DNA of 33,734 bases. Source: Opitutales bacterium (GTDB lineage Bacteria > Verrucomicrobiota > Verrucomicrobiia > Opitutales > JABSRG01). The translations under genes were made by a program, and so were the position numbers. The notes under the pieces are model-generated. The model was not told the DNA's origin. It saw only the letters and a program-made list of their open reading frames with translations, and ran no database searches. The DNA is taken from positions 1-33,734 of the forward strand of contig JBMYOQ010000049.1 of assembly GCA_049599475.1 (NCBI GenBank), written 5' to 3'. Within the stretch, counting starts at the first letter, position 1; the number at the start of each line of letters is the position of its first letter. Below, piece by piece: positions 14,744 to 23,361 of this stretch.

Positions 14744-17605
14744 ATGAATACCCCCAGGCCACACTATCCAACCCTCGCCCCATCTCTTGATGCTGTAGAG
14801 ACCCTGTCGCTCGATGGGAGTTGGGAGATTGTCTTTGATCGTTCAAATGTAGGGCGGACGCGCAGGTGGACATCTCGGAGCGTCTTTGAGACCCTCGAAC
14901 GGCGTTCGATACAAGTTCCCAGCAGTTGGGAGGAGGTTGAGCAAGATTACGAAGGCGTCGCATTCTACGGAAAGCGTTTCAAGCTTCGCGCGGATTGGAA
15001 GGATCGTGTAGTCAGGCTACAGTTCGATGCGGTCAATTACATTGCGGAGGTCTGGCTGAATGATCATTGCGTCGGCCGCCATGAAGGCGGGTATGGTCCG
15101 TTCGAGTTCCGGGTGGATGATTTACTTGATTTTGAGGGAGACAATTTCCTCAGCTTGCGAGTCTTGGGGCCAATAATCGAGTCGGATCAGGTGATCGATG
15201 GCTTGGGGCGCAACGATGCTCCGCACTGGCGCGGTGCGATTACGGGCGGTGTTTGGCAGTCGGTGCGTTTGGTGAGCTCGGGTCCGGTCTTGATTGAGGA
15301 TGCTTTCGTAATCCCTCAGGTCATCGATAGCAGTGTAGTTCTTGATATTTCTTTAGAAAATACGGGGACTCAGTCTCGTGAGGAGTCGTTACGCGTGCTG
15401 ATCTCTCGTGAGGGTGAGACTGCTATCGAGCATTTTGAAACACTACAATTAATTCCCGGAGCGAACAGTTCCCGGCTGCACCTCCATATCCCAGGTGCCC
15501 ATTTGTGGTCACCCAACGAACCGAATCTATATACGCTCGAACTCTATCTGGGAACTTCTGATCAATTTGTAGATCGATTTGGAATGCGGGAGTTGACGAT
15601 GCGTGAAAACCGTTTCGAGCTCAATGGGTCTCCGGTGTATATCAAAGCGGCTTTTTTTGAGGGTTTGTATCCCCATAAGTTGGCTGCACCTGAATCTCGG
15701 GAAGTCGCAGAAAAGGAGATACGTTTAGCCAAAGAAGCGGGTTTTAATATGATTCGTCCATGGCGTAAGGATCCGCCACCGATGTGGCTGGACCTCTGCG
15801 ATGAGATCGGTGTTATGGTGGTCGGAGGTTTTCCGATCGAGTGTATGAATCTCTGGCCTACGGTCACACCACACCTTCAAGACCGTATTGAACAAACCAT
15901 ACGCTCAGGAATTTCGCGCGATCGTAATCGCGCGTGTATCGTCCAGTGGGAACTCTTCAATGAGATTTACCGGAAGGATTTAGGACGCCTAAAACACGGA
16001 GCATCCCTCTTGGCCCGAAAGCTGGATCCATCTCGGATGATTCTCGATGAGTCCGGTGGGTTCGCGGGCGGTTCGAATATTTATCTGCCCAATGAATGGG
16101 AGCCGGTGTTGTTTAATGATGTGCACATCTATCCGGGTTCGCCGGTGAGCCAAGAAGCTTACGAGGGCTTCTTGACCCTGGCTAAGACAGAATCGGAAAT
16201 TCAGGAACTCGGATTAGAGGTGCCTCCTGTTGATTCGTTGAGTGTTATTAAACCTGGTCTTCTTACCTATGTATCAGAGATTGGTTTCGGAAGTTTGCCG
16301 GACCTAGAAGCGAATAATGCGCGCTTTAGAAGGGAGGGGAATCCCTTGGTACCGCCGTATCGTTACCACAGAGAATTAGAGGACTCCTACCGAGCCGCTC
16401 TGAAGGACAGTGGCTTGGATTCTGTATTTCCTAACCTGCGAGATTTCTGCATGGCACTTCAAAAAGTCCATGGCGAAGGCAACAAACGTATGATTGAAGG
16501 GATACGTTTGAATAGCAGCACCTGCGGCTACGCTGTCCATTCGCTCACCGACGGCGATTGGATCGTGGGCGCGGCAATATTGGATATCTTCAGAGATCCA
16601 AAACCGGCGGTTTATGAGGCTACGCAAGAAGCCAATGCTCAGCAATATGTTGCGGTAAATGTGCTCCCGCGTAATATAGATGCTGACACTGGCGCCGCCT
16701 TAAAAATCCATGGTATCAATGAGTTGGCCGAGGCTGCTGGTCAGATCTCTATAGATATTCGCTCGTCCGACGGTATGAGTGTGTTCGAAAAGAGTTTTGA
16801 TTCTGTTTTGAAACACGGCATCTCGTACCTTTCGGAGATCGAATTGAATACGCGTGAATGGTCAGGTGCATATGTGGCGCGTGTTCAGTTTCAGGATGAT
16901 ACGGGCTCAGTCCTTGCGCAGAACACAGTTTCGTTGGACGTATTTGAGGCCGAAAAAAACTACATACCTATTGGGCAGATTGCTCTATTGGACGTGAAGG
17001 GAAACCTGCGCGCTTATTGTGACGTGAATGCTATCTCGTACGTAGAGTTTGATGACAATTTAGATTTCTCGGTGCCCGTTTTTGTCACGGGGGATACGGA
17101 TTCGGCGCAATTAGATCAGCTAACTCGATTTGCAGAAAATGGAGGAACTGTAGTGTTCCTCGAGCGTGGAACACATGATTGCCCGCTACCCGCAAAAAAG
17201 GAGGGGGCTAAGGGGCTCTGGGTTGGCATCGCGCATGTGATTAAAGAGCATCCAATATTTGCCGGTCTACCGGTAGATGGTTTGATGGGGCAGGTATACG
17301 AAAACATTTGGGCGCATGATACCTTGATAGGTTTGGACACCCAACCCATCGTGGCCTCCATGACCCATGGGCATTGGCCCGTGAAGACCGAGACCCCAAA
17401 CTATCTAGGGCCCGACCCTGTATGGTGGGGGAGCGATCTAGGTTTTGTCCAACGAGGCAAAGGTCGTTTCTTGATCTCGGCTTTGAGACTCGTCGACAAT
17501 CTTGGGCAAGATCCTGTGGCAGATCGAGTCCTCTTCAATATGATCAAGTATCTAAATGAAGAATACGAAAGCACTCAAGCTATCCAAACTGCGAACAGTT
17601 TGTGA
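14744..17605 (+). CDS. Glycoside hydrolase family 2 (beta-galactosidase/glucuronidase-like), no signal peptide
   Basis: LSLDGSW, LQFDAVNYIAEVWLN..GRHEGGYGPFEF, GVWQSVRL, HLWSPNEPNLY, FGMREL, KEAGFNMIR, WELFNE (acid/base) and YVSEIG (candidate nucleophile). Confidence 0.93.
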   Translation: MNTPRPHYPTLAPSLDAVETLSLDGSWEIVFDRSNVGRTRRWTSRSVFETLERRSIQVPSSWEEVEQDYEGVAFYGKRFKLRADWKDRVVRLQFDAVNYIAEVWLNDHCVGRHEGGYGPFEFRVDDLLDFEGDNFLSLRVLGPIIESDQVIDGLGRNDAPHWRGAITGGVWQSVRLVSSGPVLIEDAFVIPQVIDSSVVLDISLENTGTQSREESLRVLISREGETAIEHFETLQLIPGANSSRLHLHIPGAHLWSPNEPNLYTLELYLGTSDQFVDRFGMRELTMRENRFELNGSPVYIKAAFFEGLYPHKLAAPESREVAEKEIRLAKEAGFNMIRPWRKDPPPMWLDLCDEIGVMVVGGFPIECMNLWPTVTPHLQDRIEQTIRSGISRDRNRACIVQWELFNEIYRKDLGRLKHGASLLARKLDPSRMILDESGGFAGGSNIYLPNEWEPVLFNDVHIYPGSPVSQEAYEGFLTLAKTESEIQELGLEVPPVDSLSVIKPGLLTYVSEIGFGSLPDLEANNARFRREGNPLVPPYRYHRELEDSYRAALKDSGLDSVFPNLRDFCMALQKVHGEGNKRMIEGIRLNSSTCGYAVHSLTDGDWIVGAAILDIFRDPKPAVYEATQEANAQQYVAVNVLPRNIDADTGAALKIHGINELAEAAGQISIDIRSSDGMSVFEKSFDSVLKHGISYLSEIELNTREWSGAYVARVQFQDDTGSVLAQNTVSLDVFEAEKNYIPIGQIALLDVKGNLRAYCDVNAISYVEFDDNLDFSVPVFVTGDTDSAQLDQLTRFAENGGTVVFLERGTHDCPLPAKKEGAKGLWVGIAHVIKEHPIFAGLPVDGLMGQVYENIWAHDTLIGLDTQPIVASMTHGHWPVKTETPNYLGPDPVWWGSDLGFVQRGKGRFLISALRLVDNLGQDPVADRVLFNMIKYLNEEYESTQAIQTANSL

Positions 17606-17643
17606 TCATTCCTGAAATATTTCTCCCTCAACTCATTAGTCTC

Positions 17644-19026
17644 ATGAATTTTTCAATCCGATTCATTTACCTTTCAGCGCTCGCTACCTGCCTAGCGCAG
17701 GTAAGCACGGCAGAATACACCGCAAAGCCTAACATTGTACTGATATACGCGGACGATCTGGGTAAATATGATTTAGAATTCTACTCGGAGAAGGACCACG
17801 ACCTTACGCCGAATATTGATCGCCTGTTTCGTGAGGGAGCTAGTTTTAGCGATGCTTATTCACCGGCAGCATTATGCGCACCATCCCGTATAGGGCTTAT
17901 GTCGGGTCGGTATCCGGCAAGCTTAGGCTCATTTGAGGTGGCCCCAGGCAGTCCGATGCAATATGGCTTCGCTGGATGGGAGATCGCTGAGATGACGCCT
18001 CCAGAGAATAGCATGCAGCTCCCCAGCTCGAAAGTATTGCCCGAATACCTGAGAGATTTGGGGTATACCAATGGGTTTGTAGGAAAGTGGCATATGCAGC
18101 CCATGCCCGTTGATCGCGGCTTTAGCTATGCAGTAGAAACTCGCAACGTGAATCGCGGTGGGTCGCACATGCAGTCGGTTCAGGCACGGTCCTCAGATGG
18201 AGATACACCCAAGGTGGGGGAACGCTCAGATGAATATGAGCTAAGAAAGAGTCTTGATTTTCTTGAAAGTGTGAGGTGAAGCGAAAATCCGTTTTTCTTA
18301 TATTTAGCAACAACCTTGGTCCATACGCCGATAGAAGCTCAGGAATCATTGATTGAAGAGTATCGTGGCAAGAGCGATCCCGTGACCCCTACGTATTTCG
18401 CGATGATTAAGAATTTGGATAACCTGGTTGGCGGCGTTATCCAGTATTTGGAAAGCAATGAACTTATCGATGACACCATTATCGTATTTTCATCAGACAA
18501 TGGTGTTGAAGGTATGTATAGCATTCGGGCTCGAGCAGAACCCCTAAGAGGTATCAAAAAGAACCTTACAGAAGGTGGAATTCGAGCTCCTTTGGTAATA
18601 CGCTATCCTCGTATTAAAATGTCAGGAAAAGTTATTGAAGAGTCAGCGACTCAACTCGATCTTCTTCCAACCTTAGTCCACATGGCTGGCGGTCAAATAG
18701 ATGAGAATACTCACGATGGTGACTCGCTTATGCCATTGCTCATGGGCTGGGGTGACTGGAAGGAACGCGCGCATTTTTGGCATTTTCCGAGTTATCGGGG
18801 TCCCGCAGAGTTTCATATACAAGCACCAGTCAGTGCAATACGTCGCGGTGACTGGAAGCTGATACAGAGTTTGGAAGATACGGACGATCTTGAACTGTAT
18901 CACCTCAGGAAAGACATCGGTGAATCGAACAATGTAGCCTCGCAAAATCCAGAACTTGCGTCGCGATTGCGCAAAGAGCTGGAGAACTGGCGCAGAGATT
19001 ACGAGGTGCCCATGCCGACGCGATAG
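17644..19026 (+). pseudogene. Secreted Cys-type S1 arylsulfatase-like gene interrupted by a single in-frame TGA (18277-18279)
   Basis: ORFs 17602..18279 and 18316..19026 are in the same frame. Reading through the stop gives ...FLESVR*SENPFFLYLATTLVHTPIEA, the canonical sulfatase PFFLYL..VHTP segment. The N-half has KPNIVLIYADDLG, CAPSRIGLMSG and GKWH; the C-half has FSSDNG, EGGIRAPL and SAIRRGDWKLI. Confidence 0.85.
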
Positions 19027-19261
19027 GGCTTCCTTTCTGAGGCATTTGCTTGGGCGTGTAAGGTGAGGCGTATGTGAAGCGGTTCTCTCGGAAAGAGAAC
19101 CCTACCAAGTTCAGGCAATAGTGGGTAGGGATGTCTCTCCGAGACAACCGCCTTGCGCGTATCAAGCCTACTGTGAACACAGCGGTTCTCTCGGAGAGAG
19201 AACCCTACCGGATGGCGGATGTTCTATGAGCTGGGTAGAGAAGCATCTTCGATGTATCCGC
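19022..19261. repeat. REP cluster downstream of RAYT: two inverted doublets plus one single REP
   Basis: 28-nt units of the form GGTAG-N9-TCC-N9-GC at 19022-19049 (+, degenerate), 19079-19106 (-), 19124-19151 (+), 19182-19209 (-) and 19234-19261 (+, variant). Confidence 0.9.
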
Positions 19262-19297
19262 TGTGTGAGTGTTGATTATCCCATCAACTTGGGATGA

Positions 19298-19750
19298 TCA
19301 AAAGTCTTCCTCATGCCATAAATAAGGCCACTGGCTTGGACAATCCACCAGCCCTCCTCGCACGGGATTTCTTAAGATATAAGAGTATTTCTCTTCCATT
19401 GATGCTTCATTGCGGAGTCGATGCTCGAAGAATCCGTTTTGCCAAGACACCTTTTCACCTCTTGCAATGAATCGTTTCCAGGCCGTAAATGTCGACGTAA
19501 TCGAAAAGCGATCTGTGTCCAACGCGATAATAAAATGAAGATGGTCGGGCATCACCACGACTAGCTTTGGGTACCAGCGACCGTGGGATTTGTAGTTGCT
19601 GATCGATTCCTTAATCGCATTGGCAACATCATCGCAAGCCAATGTGTTTGTCGATCGCTGAGACGCATTGATTGTTATAAAGTATGAAGCACCTGATTTT
19701 ACCCATGAAGGTAAATTGTGATACAAACGTTTCCGGACGGGCAGTTCCAT
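19298..19750 (-). mobile_element. rayT: REP-associated tyrosine transposase (RAYT, IS200-like HUH Y1 family), 150 aa
   Basis: YFIT motif, VVMPDHLH (HUH), WQNGFFEHRLRNE and YILRNPVRGGLV..WPY (catalytic Tyr). It is flanked on both sides by GTAG REP doublets. Confidence 0.93.
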
Positions 19751-19809
19751 CCCAAAAGGACGTTACTACATTCCTTATTTTCATATTTTACTAAAACACG
19801 TGCATTATG

Positions 19810-19895
19810 GGTAGAGTTGTCTCTCCGAGACAACCGCCTTGAGCGTATTTAGCTTACCGTGAACACAGCGGTTCTCTCGGAGAGAGAACCCTACC
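19810..19895. repeat. REP doublet (REPIN-like, 86 bp) upstream of RAYT
   Basis: GGTAGAGTTGTCTCTCCGAGACAACCGC, a 30-nt spacer, then GCGGTTCTCTCGGAGAGAGAACCCTACC. It is a near-identical direct copy of 19124-19209. Confidence 0.92.
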
Positions 19896-19930
19896 ATATT
19901 GCAATCACGGGCAACCGTCCGCATTCTTAC

Positions 19931-21361
19931 CTAGATTACGCCGCGGCGTTCTTCGAGCTCTTTGCGTATGGTGGCCATGCGTTCCTTGGTCAATGGATAC
20001 ATCGCATTTAGAACGATCGCGATGAGAAGGCATATGATTGGGAGCCATACCAAGAGTAGGCGCATTTTGGTGAGTGTGCCGTCAGGCTGATCTCCGCCGA
20101 GCGCTTGGTCGAATTCCGTCCATGCGAGGAGAATGCCTGAAAGACCGATCGCTAGCGACACGCCTGCTTTCATGACCCAGCCGCCGATGGCCCCATAGAG
20201 ACCCTCGCGACGTTGGCCACGTGCGTGTTCGTCGTAGTCACAGAAATCTCCTGCCATCGAAAGCCAAACGACCCAGAAAAGGGAATTTGCAGGAGCGAAA
20301 AAAATAGGATCCAGGAAGATGAGTTCGGGGATTCCTTTGTGGAATGTGAACCATCTCGAAACACTGCCAATGATCGCAAAGAGCAGCGCCAGGAAGATGA
20401 GTTTCTTTTTCTCAAAATTAATTAGGTATTTCGAGATCACAAAAAGCATTACAAAACTTAACACCTGTAATATGTTCTGCATGATCGCAAAATATTCAGA
20501 GCCGCGCAGGGTGTCGCCTTCCCAAACATAGAACATGTTCACATAGAGCCCCATGGATCCGACGAGAATCACGCTGGATAGGAGACCCAAGCCCACACCA
20601 TGCATGATGAGGAATACCTTATCCTTGATCAGCGATTTGAAGCTTGGGAGAAGCTTCACCGTTTCTTGTTCGGCAGCAACTTTGCGATATTTCTCTTTCG
20701 GGATAAGGGCACACAAGATCCCTGCAGCGATAATGAGAATCGCGGAGAGCGCGGCCATAATCCGAATGCCGGTGACGGGGTCTGGGAAGATGTCGCGCTG
20801 AGCCAGGGGGAACACCCATGGTAGACCGAGCATGAAGGCTTGAATGAAAAAGGAGCCGTATACGCGGACTGTGGTGCGCTCGGCGTAATCCGTAGTCATT
20901 TCAGCAGAGAGGGCTCTAAATGGAACGGAGAAAATGGTATAGCAGGTGAAGAAGATGATCGAGAAGCAGAGGAAATAGATCATCTTCGCATTCTCAGTCC
21001 AATCCGGAGATGCCATCCACACGAGAGGGTAAGCGATCGCCATGAGAACACTGCCGAGAAGGATGAAGGGCTTGCGGCGGCCCCGTTTGCCCTTCCAGTT
21101 GTCGCTGATATACCCCATTATGGGATCTGTAATGGCATCCCAAATACGCACCACCATCATCACGATTCCAATGGCGGCGGGGTTGAGGCCAAAAATGATA
21201 TTGTAGACCTGCGGAGCTACATCGTTGATTCCGTTTTCCCCGTAACGATTGGTGACTTCCCCCGCACCGTAGGCGATCTTTTCCGAGACAGGCAGTTTCC
21301 GGTGACCGGAGTTTGCGGCTGAATCTTTTGTGGTGCTTGTTGTGTCAGAGGAATTGGACAT
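19931..21361 (-). CDS. MFS glycoside-pentoside-hexuronide (GPH) cation symporter
   Basis: EKIAYGAGE, RIWDAITDPIMGYISD, GRRKPFIL, AEMTTDYAERT and DFCDYDE..GQRREGLY, with about 12 hydrophobic segments. Confidence 0.93.
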   Translation of the reverse strand: MSNSSDTTSTTKDSAANSGHRKLPVSEKIAYGAGEVTNRYGENGINDVAPQVYNIIFGLNPAAIGIVMMVVRIWDAITDPIMGYISDNWKGKRGRRKPFILLGSVLMAIAYPLVWMASPDWTENAKMIYFLCFSIIFFTCYTIFSVPFRALSAEMTTDYAERTTVRVYGSFFIQAFMLGLPWVFPLAQRDIFPDPVTGIRIMAALSAILIIAAGILCALIPKEKYRKVAAEQETVKLLPSFKSLIKDKVFLIMHGVGLGLLSSVILVGSMGLYVNMFYVWEGDTLRGSEYFAIMQNILQVLSFVMLFVISKYLINFEKKKLIFLALLFAIIGSVSRWFTFHKGIPELIFLDPIFFAPANSLFWVVWLSMAGDFCDYDEHARGQRREGLYGAIGGWVMKAGVSLAIGLSGILLAWTEFDQALGGDQPDGTLTKMRLLLVWLPIICLLIAIVLNAMYPLTKERMATIRKELEERRGVI

Positions 21362-21731
21362 GGCTTTTATCTCATGACTGAGTCGCGCGCAAACACATGC
21401 GGAGTGCCGCAGAATTGGGCGTAAACAGTATGTGAGGCTACTATCATGATTAGCTGTATCGACGCCCTGGGGAGGGTCTTTAATTGAACCAATTGCCGTA
21501 AGGCCTTATCGATCTCGCTTACGTGGAAAATCGCGAATGTGGATACTGTGGTTTGGAGGCTGTGACGGTGCGGATACGCGATTGCTTAGCCCTAATGGTT
21601 GGCGAAATACGAAATGGTCAATGGTGCGATTATAGCAGCTTTTACAATTTTTTCGTTCGCTGAGCGGTATTTTCGGTTTGGTGGCCTGGATCGCCAAACT
21701 CCCTCATGGATCGTGCTATTGCGGAAGGTTT

Positions 21732-23132
21732 CTATTGCTCCAAAGGCACAAACATCACGTCATCAACGCGTAACCAACGTCCTTTTGCCCCTTGGGTCGT
21801 AAATTCAATATCGACCTCATTTTCTAAGACCGTAACTGTTTTGATGCTGAGTTGGATGTATCCGTTACTCGGGGGTATTTCGCGGGTCTCAAGAACGGTT
21901 CCATTGGAACCTATCGAGATACTGCAAATATCCCAATCTCCAGAAGAGTGAACCCAAGCAGATAGCGCGTAAGGTCCATTGGCGATATTGTCCAAGCGCA
22001 TTCGAGAGGTCACCGGTGGGGCACCCGTTTGACCTTCATGGATTAAGTAGCTGTGTCCTGTATGGGCATTTCCATCTGTGTATACCACGCGGACTCCGTC
22101 AGTCCGATAGTTGTCATATATTCCGTCATCGACCACCCAATTGAGTGGATATGGGCTGCTCCTAGCTTGCGTCTCGAATCCTGCATTTCCTACATAATTT
22201 GTTCCGATAAAGGGTTTCGTGTAGAATCGAAAATAATCGACTAGAAACGCTGCGTCAGAGCCCGGCTGACCGTTTGCATTCCAGGGCCAAGTTGTGTTGG
22301 CCAAGCCACTGAAAATCACTTCTGAAGGTGTGAACCGTGGGTCCTGCGCGTCATAGTTTACAACATGCCGAACGATATCATCGAAAAAATAGGTTATTCT
22401 CCCGGGTATCCACTCATAGCCAAGAGTAATCCACTCATTCACGTTTATATAGGAGCTATCATGGTCTTTTCGCGCACCTTCTAGTTTTTCATGCTTAGGT
22501 ATCCACCAATGAAAGTTGGAGAACCCTTCATTGAGCTCAAAAGCAGAGTCAAATTCCAATCCGTCGATTTCGATACCCATGTTGGAGATCGGAACCCGAT
22601 CATTGGCTGCATCTAATCTATATTCGAAATCTTCGGGATATTTATTGCCAAGGCCCAAAATTCCTGCACTCCAAAATGCTTGATGAAAACCAGGCTCTTC
22701 GTCGTAGAGTTTGACCTTCGCTTCGTAATATCCGTATCCGAACGTTGTGCGAGATATTAGCCCTCCGCCGACTGGGTCTGAGACTCCATCGCCATCTTTG
22801 TCTTCTTTTGTGTAAGCGATTTGCAGCCGCCCAATTCCGTTCTCAGTATCAACAGAAACATTATCTTTATCGCCGTAGCCTCCCCAGAAACGCTCCGGTT
22901 TTTCGTAGACGCGATAATACCAACTCCCTTCATCGACCTGGCTTCCGTTGAATTCTTCTGAGTATACCAAATCATAACCCATTCGTGGATCCATAGATGG
23001 TGTGTCATTTGTCGATTCCGCCAACAATGAAGCCGATAGGAAGAGAGAGCAGGAAATAGCTAGGGCATGTTGCTTATTTCCATTTAATCGGCGACTAATG
23101 GTCGGAAGTTTTTGATGTAAGGGGGTAATCAT
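21732..23132 (-). CDS. Secreted GH16 glycoside hydrolase with a C-terminal galactose-binding-like (CBM) module
   Basis: LVYSEEFNG, FGYGYYEAKVK, GFHQAFW and EIDGLE (22554-22571). VDYFRFY is followed by N.GFE...AHTG..Y.LSAWV..VDDV. The likely start is ATG 23132, ahead of the hydrophobic signal; the start is uncertain. Confidence 0.85.
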   Translation of the reverse strand: MITPLHQKLPTISRRLNGNKQHALAISCSLFLSASLLAESTNDTPSMDPRMGYDLVYSEEFNGSQVDEGSWYYRVYEKPERFWGGYGDKDNVSVDTENGIGRLQIAYTKEDKDGDGVSDPVGGGLISRTTFGYGYYEAKVKLYDEEPGFHQAFWSAGILGLGNKYPEDFEYRLDAANDRVPISNMGIEIDGLEFDSAFELNEGFSNFHWWIPKHEKLEGARKDHDSSYINVNEWITLGYEWIPGRITYFFDDIVRHVVNYDAQDPRFTPSEVIFSGLANTTWPWNANGQPGSDAAFLVDYFRFYTKPFIGTNYVGNAGFETQARSSPYPLNWVVDDGIYDNYRTDGVRVVYTDGNAHTGHSYLIHEGQTGAPPVTSRMRLDNIANGPYALSAWVHSSGDWDICSISIGSNGTVLETREIPPSNGYIQLSIKTVTVLENEVDIEFTTQGAKGRWLRVDDVMFVPLEQ

Positions 23133-23361
23133 TTGCTCTTGATCATAGCAGAGTCCTACATTCATCGATTGTGTGAGAACGGAAAAAGAATGCATCGGAA
23201 AGGAATTATTGGGTCTTGAGTCGAAACCTAATTTGTAGGGCGCAGCGTTTCTGTTTTGCACGAATTCAGTGCAATTGGAGCAGGGTTCGTATTTCAAGAT
23301 TCACGAACGATATTACTACGCCTGCGAACGCGCAGAGGGGCGTGCTGTGGTATCCTCGTGC

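Noticed and set aside
18277..18279. Selenocysteine or a genome-wide TGA reassignment
   Set aside because: The position is a non-catalytic loop, no SECIS-like hairpin is visible downstream, and TGA ends other genes normally in this window.
17602..19026. Two independent sulfatase genes (225 aa and 236 aa)
   Set aside because: They are the N- and C-halves of one fold in the same frame. The TTG at 18316 lies within a conserved motif and has no evident RBS.
19022..19261. Regularly spaced 28-nt palindromic repeats that could be read as a CRISPR array
   Set aside because: The units alternate in orientation, the spacers resemble each other, there are no cas genes, and a RAYT is adjacent. These are REPs.
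23133..23361. Overlap of the GH16 (23297) and GH50 (23269) ORF starts
   Set aside because: This is an artefact of longest-ORF calling. Signal peptides indicate downstream starts at about 23132 and 23362.
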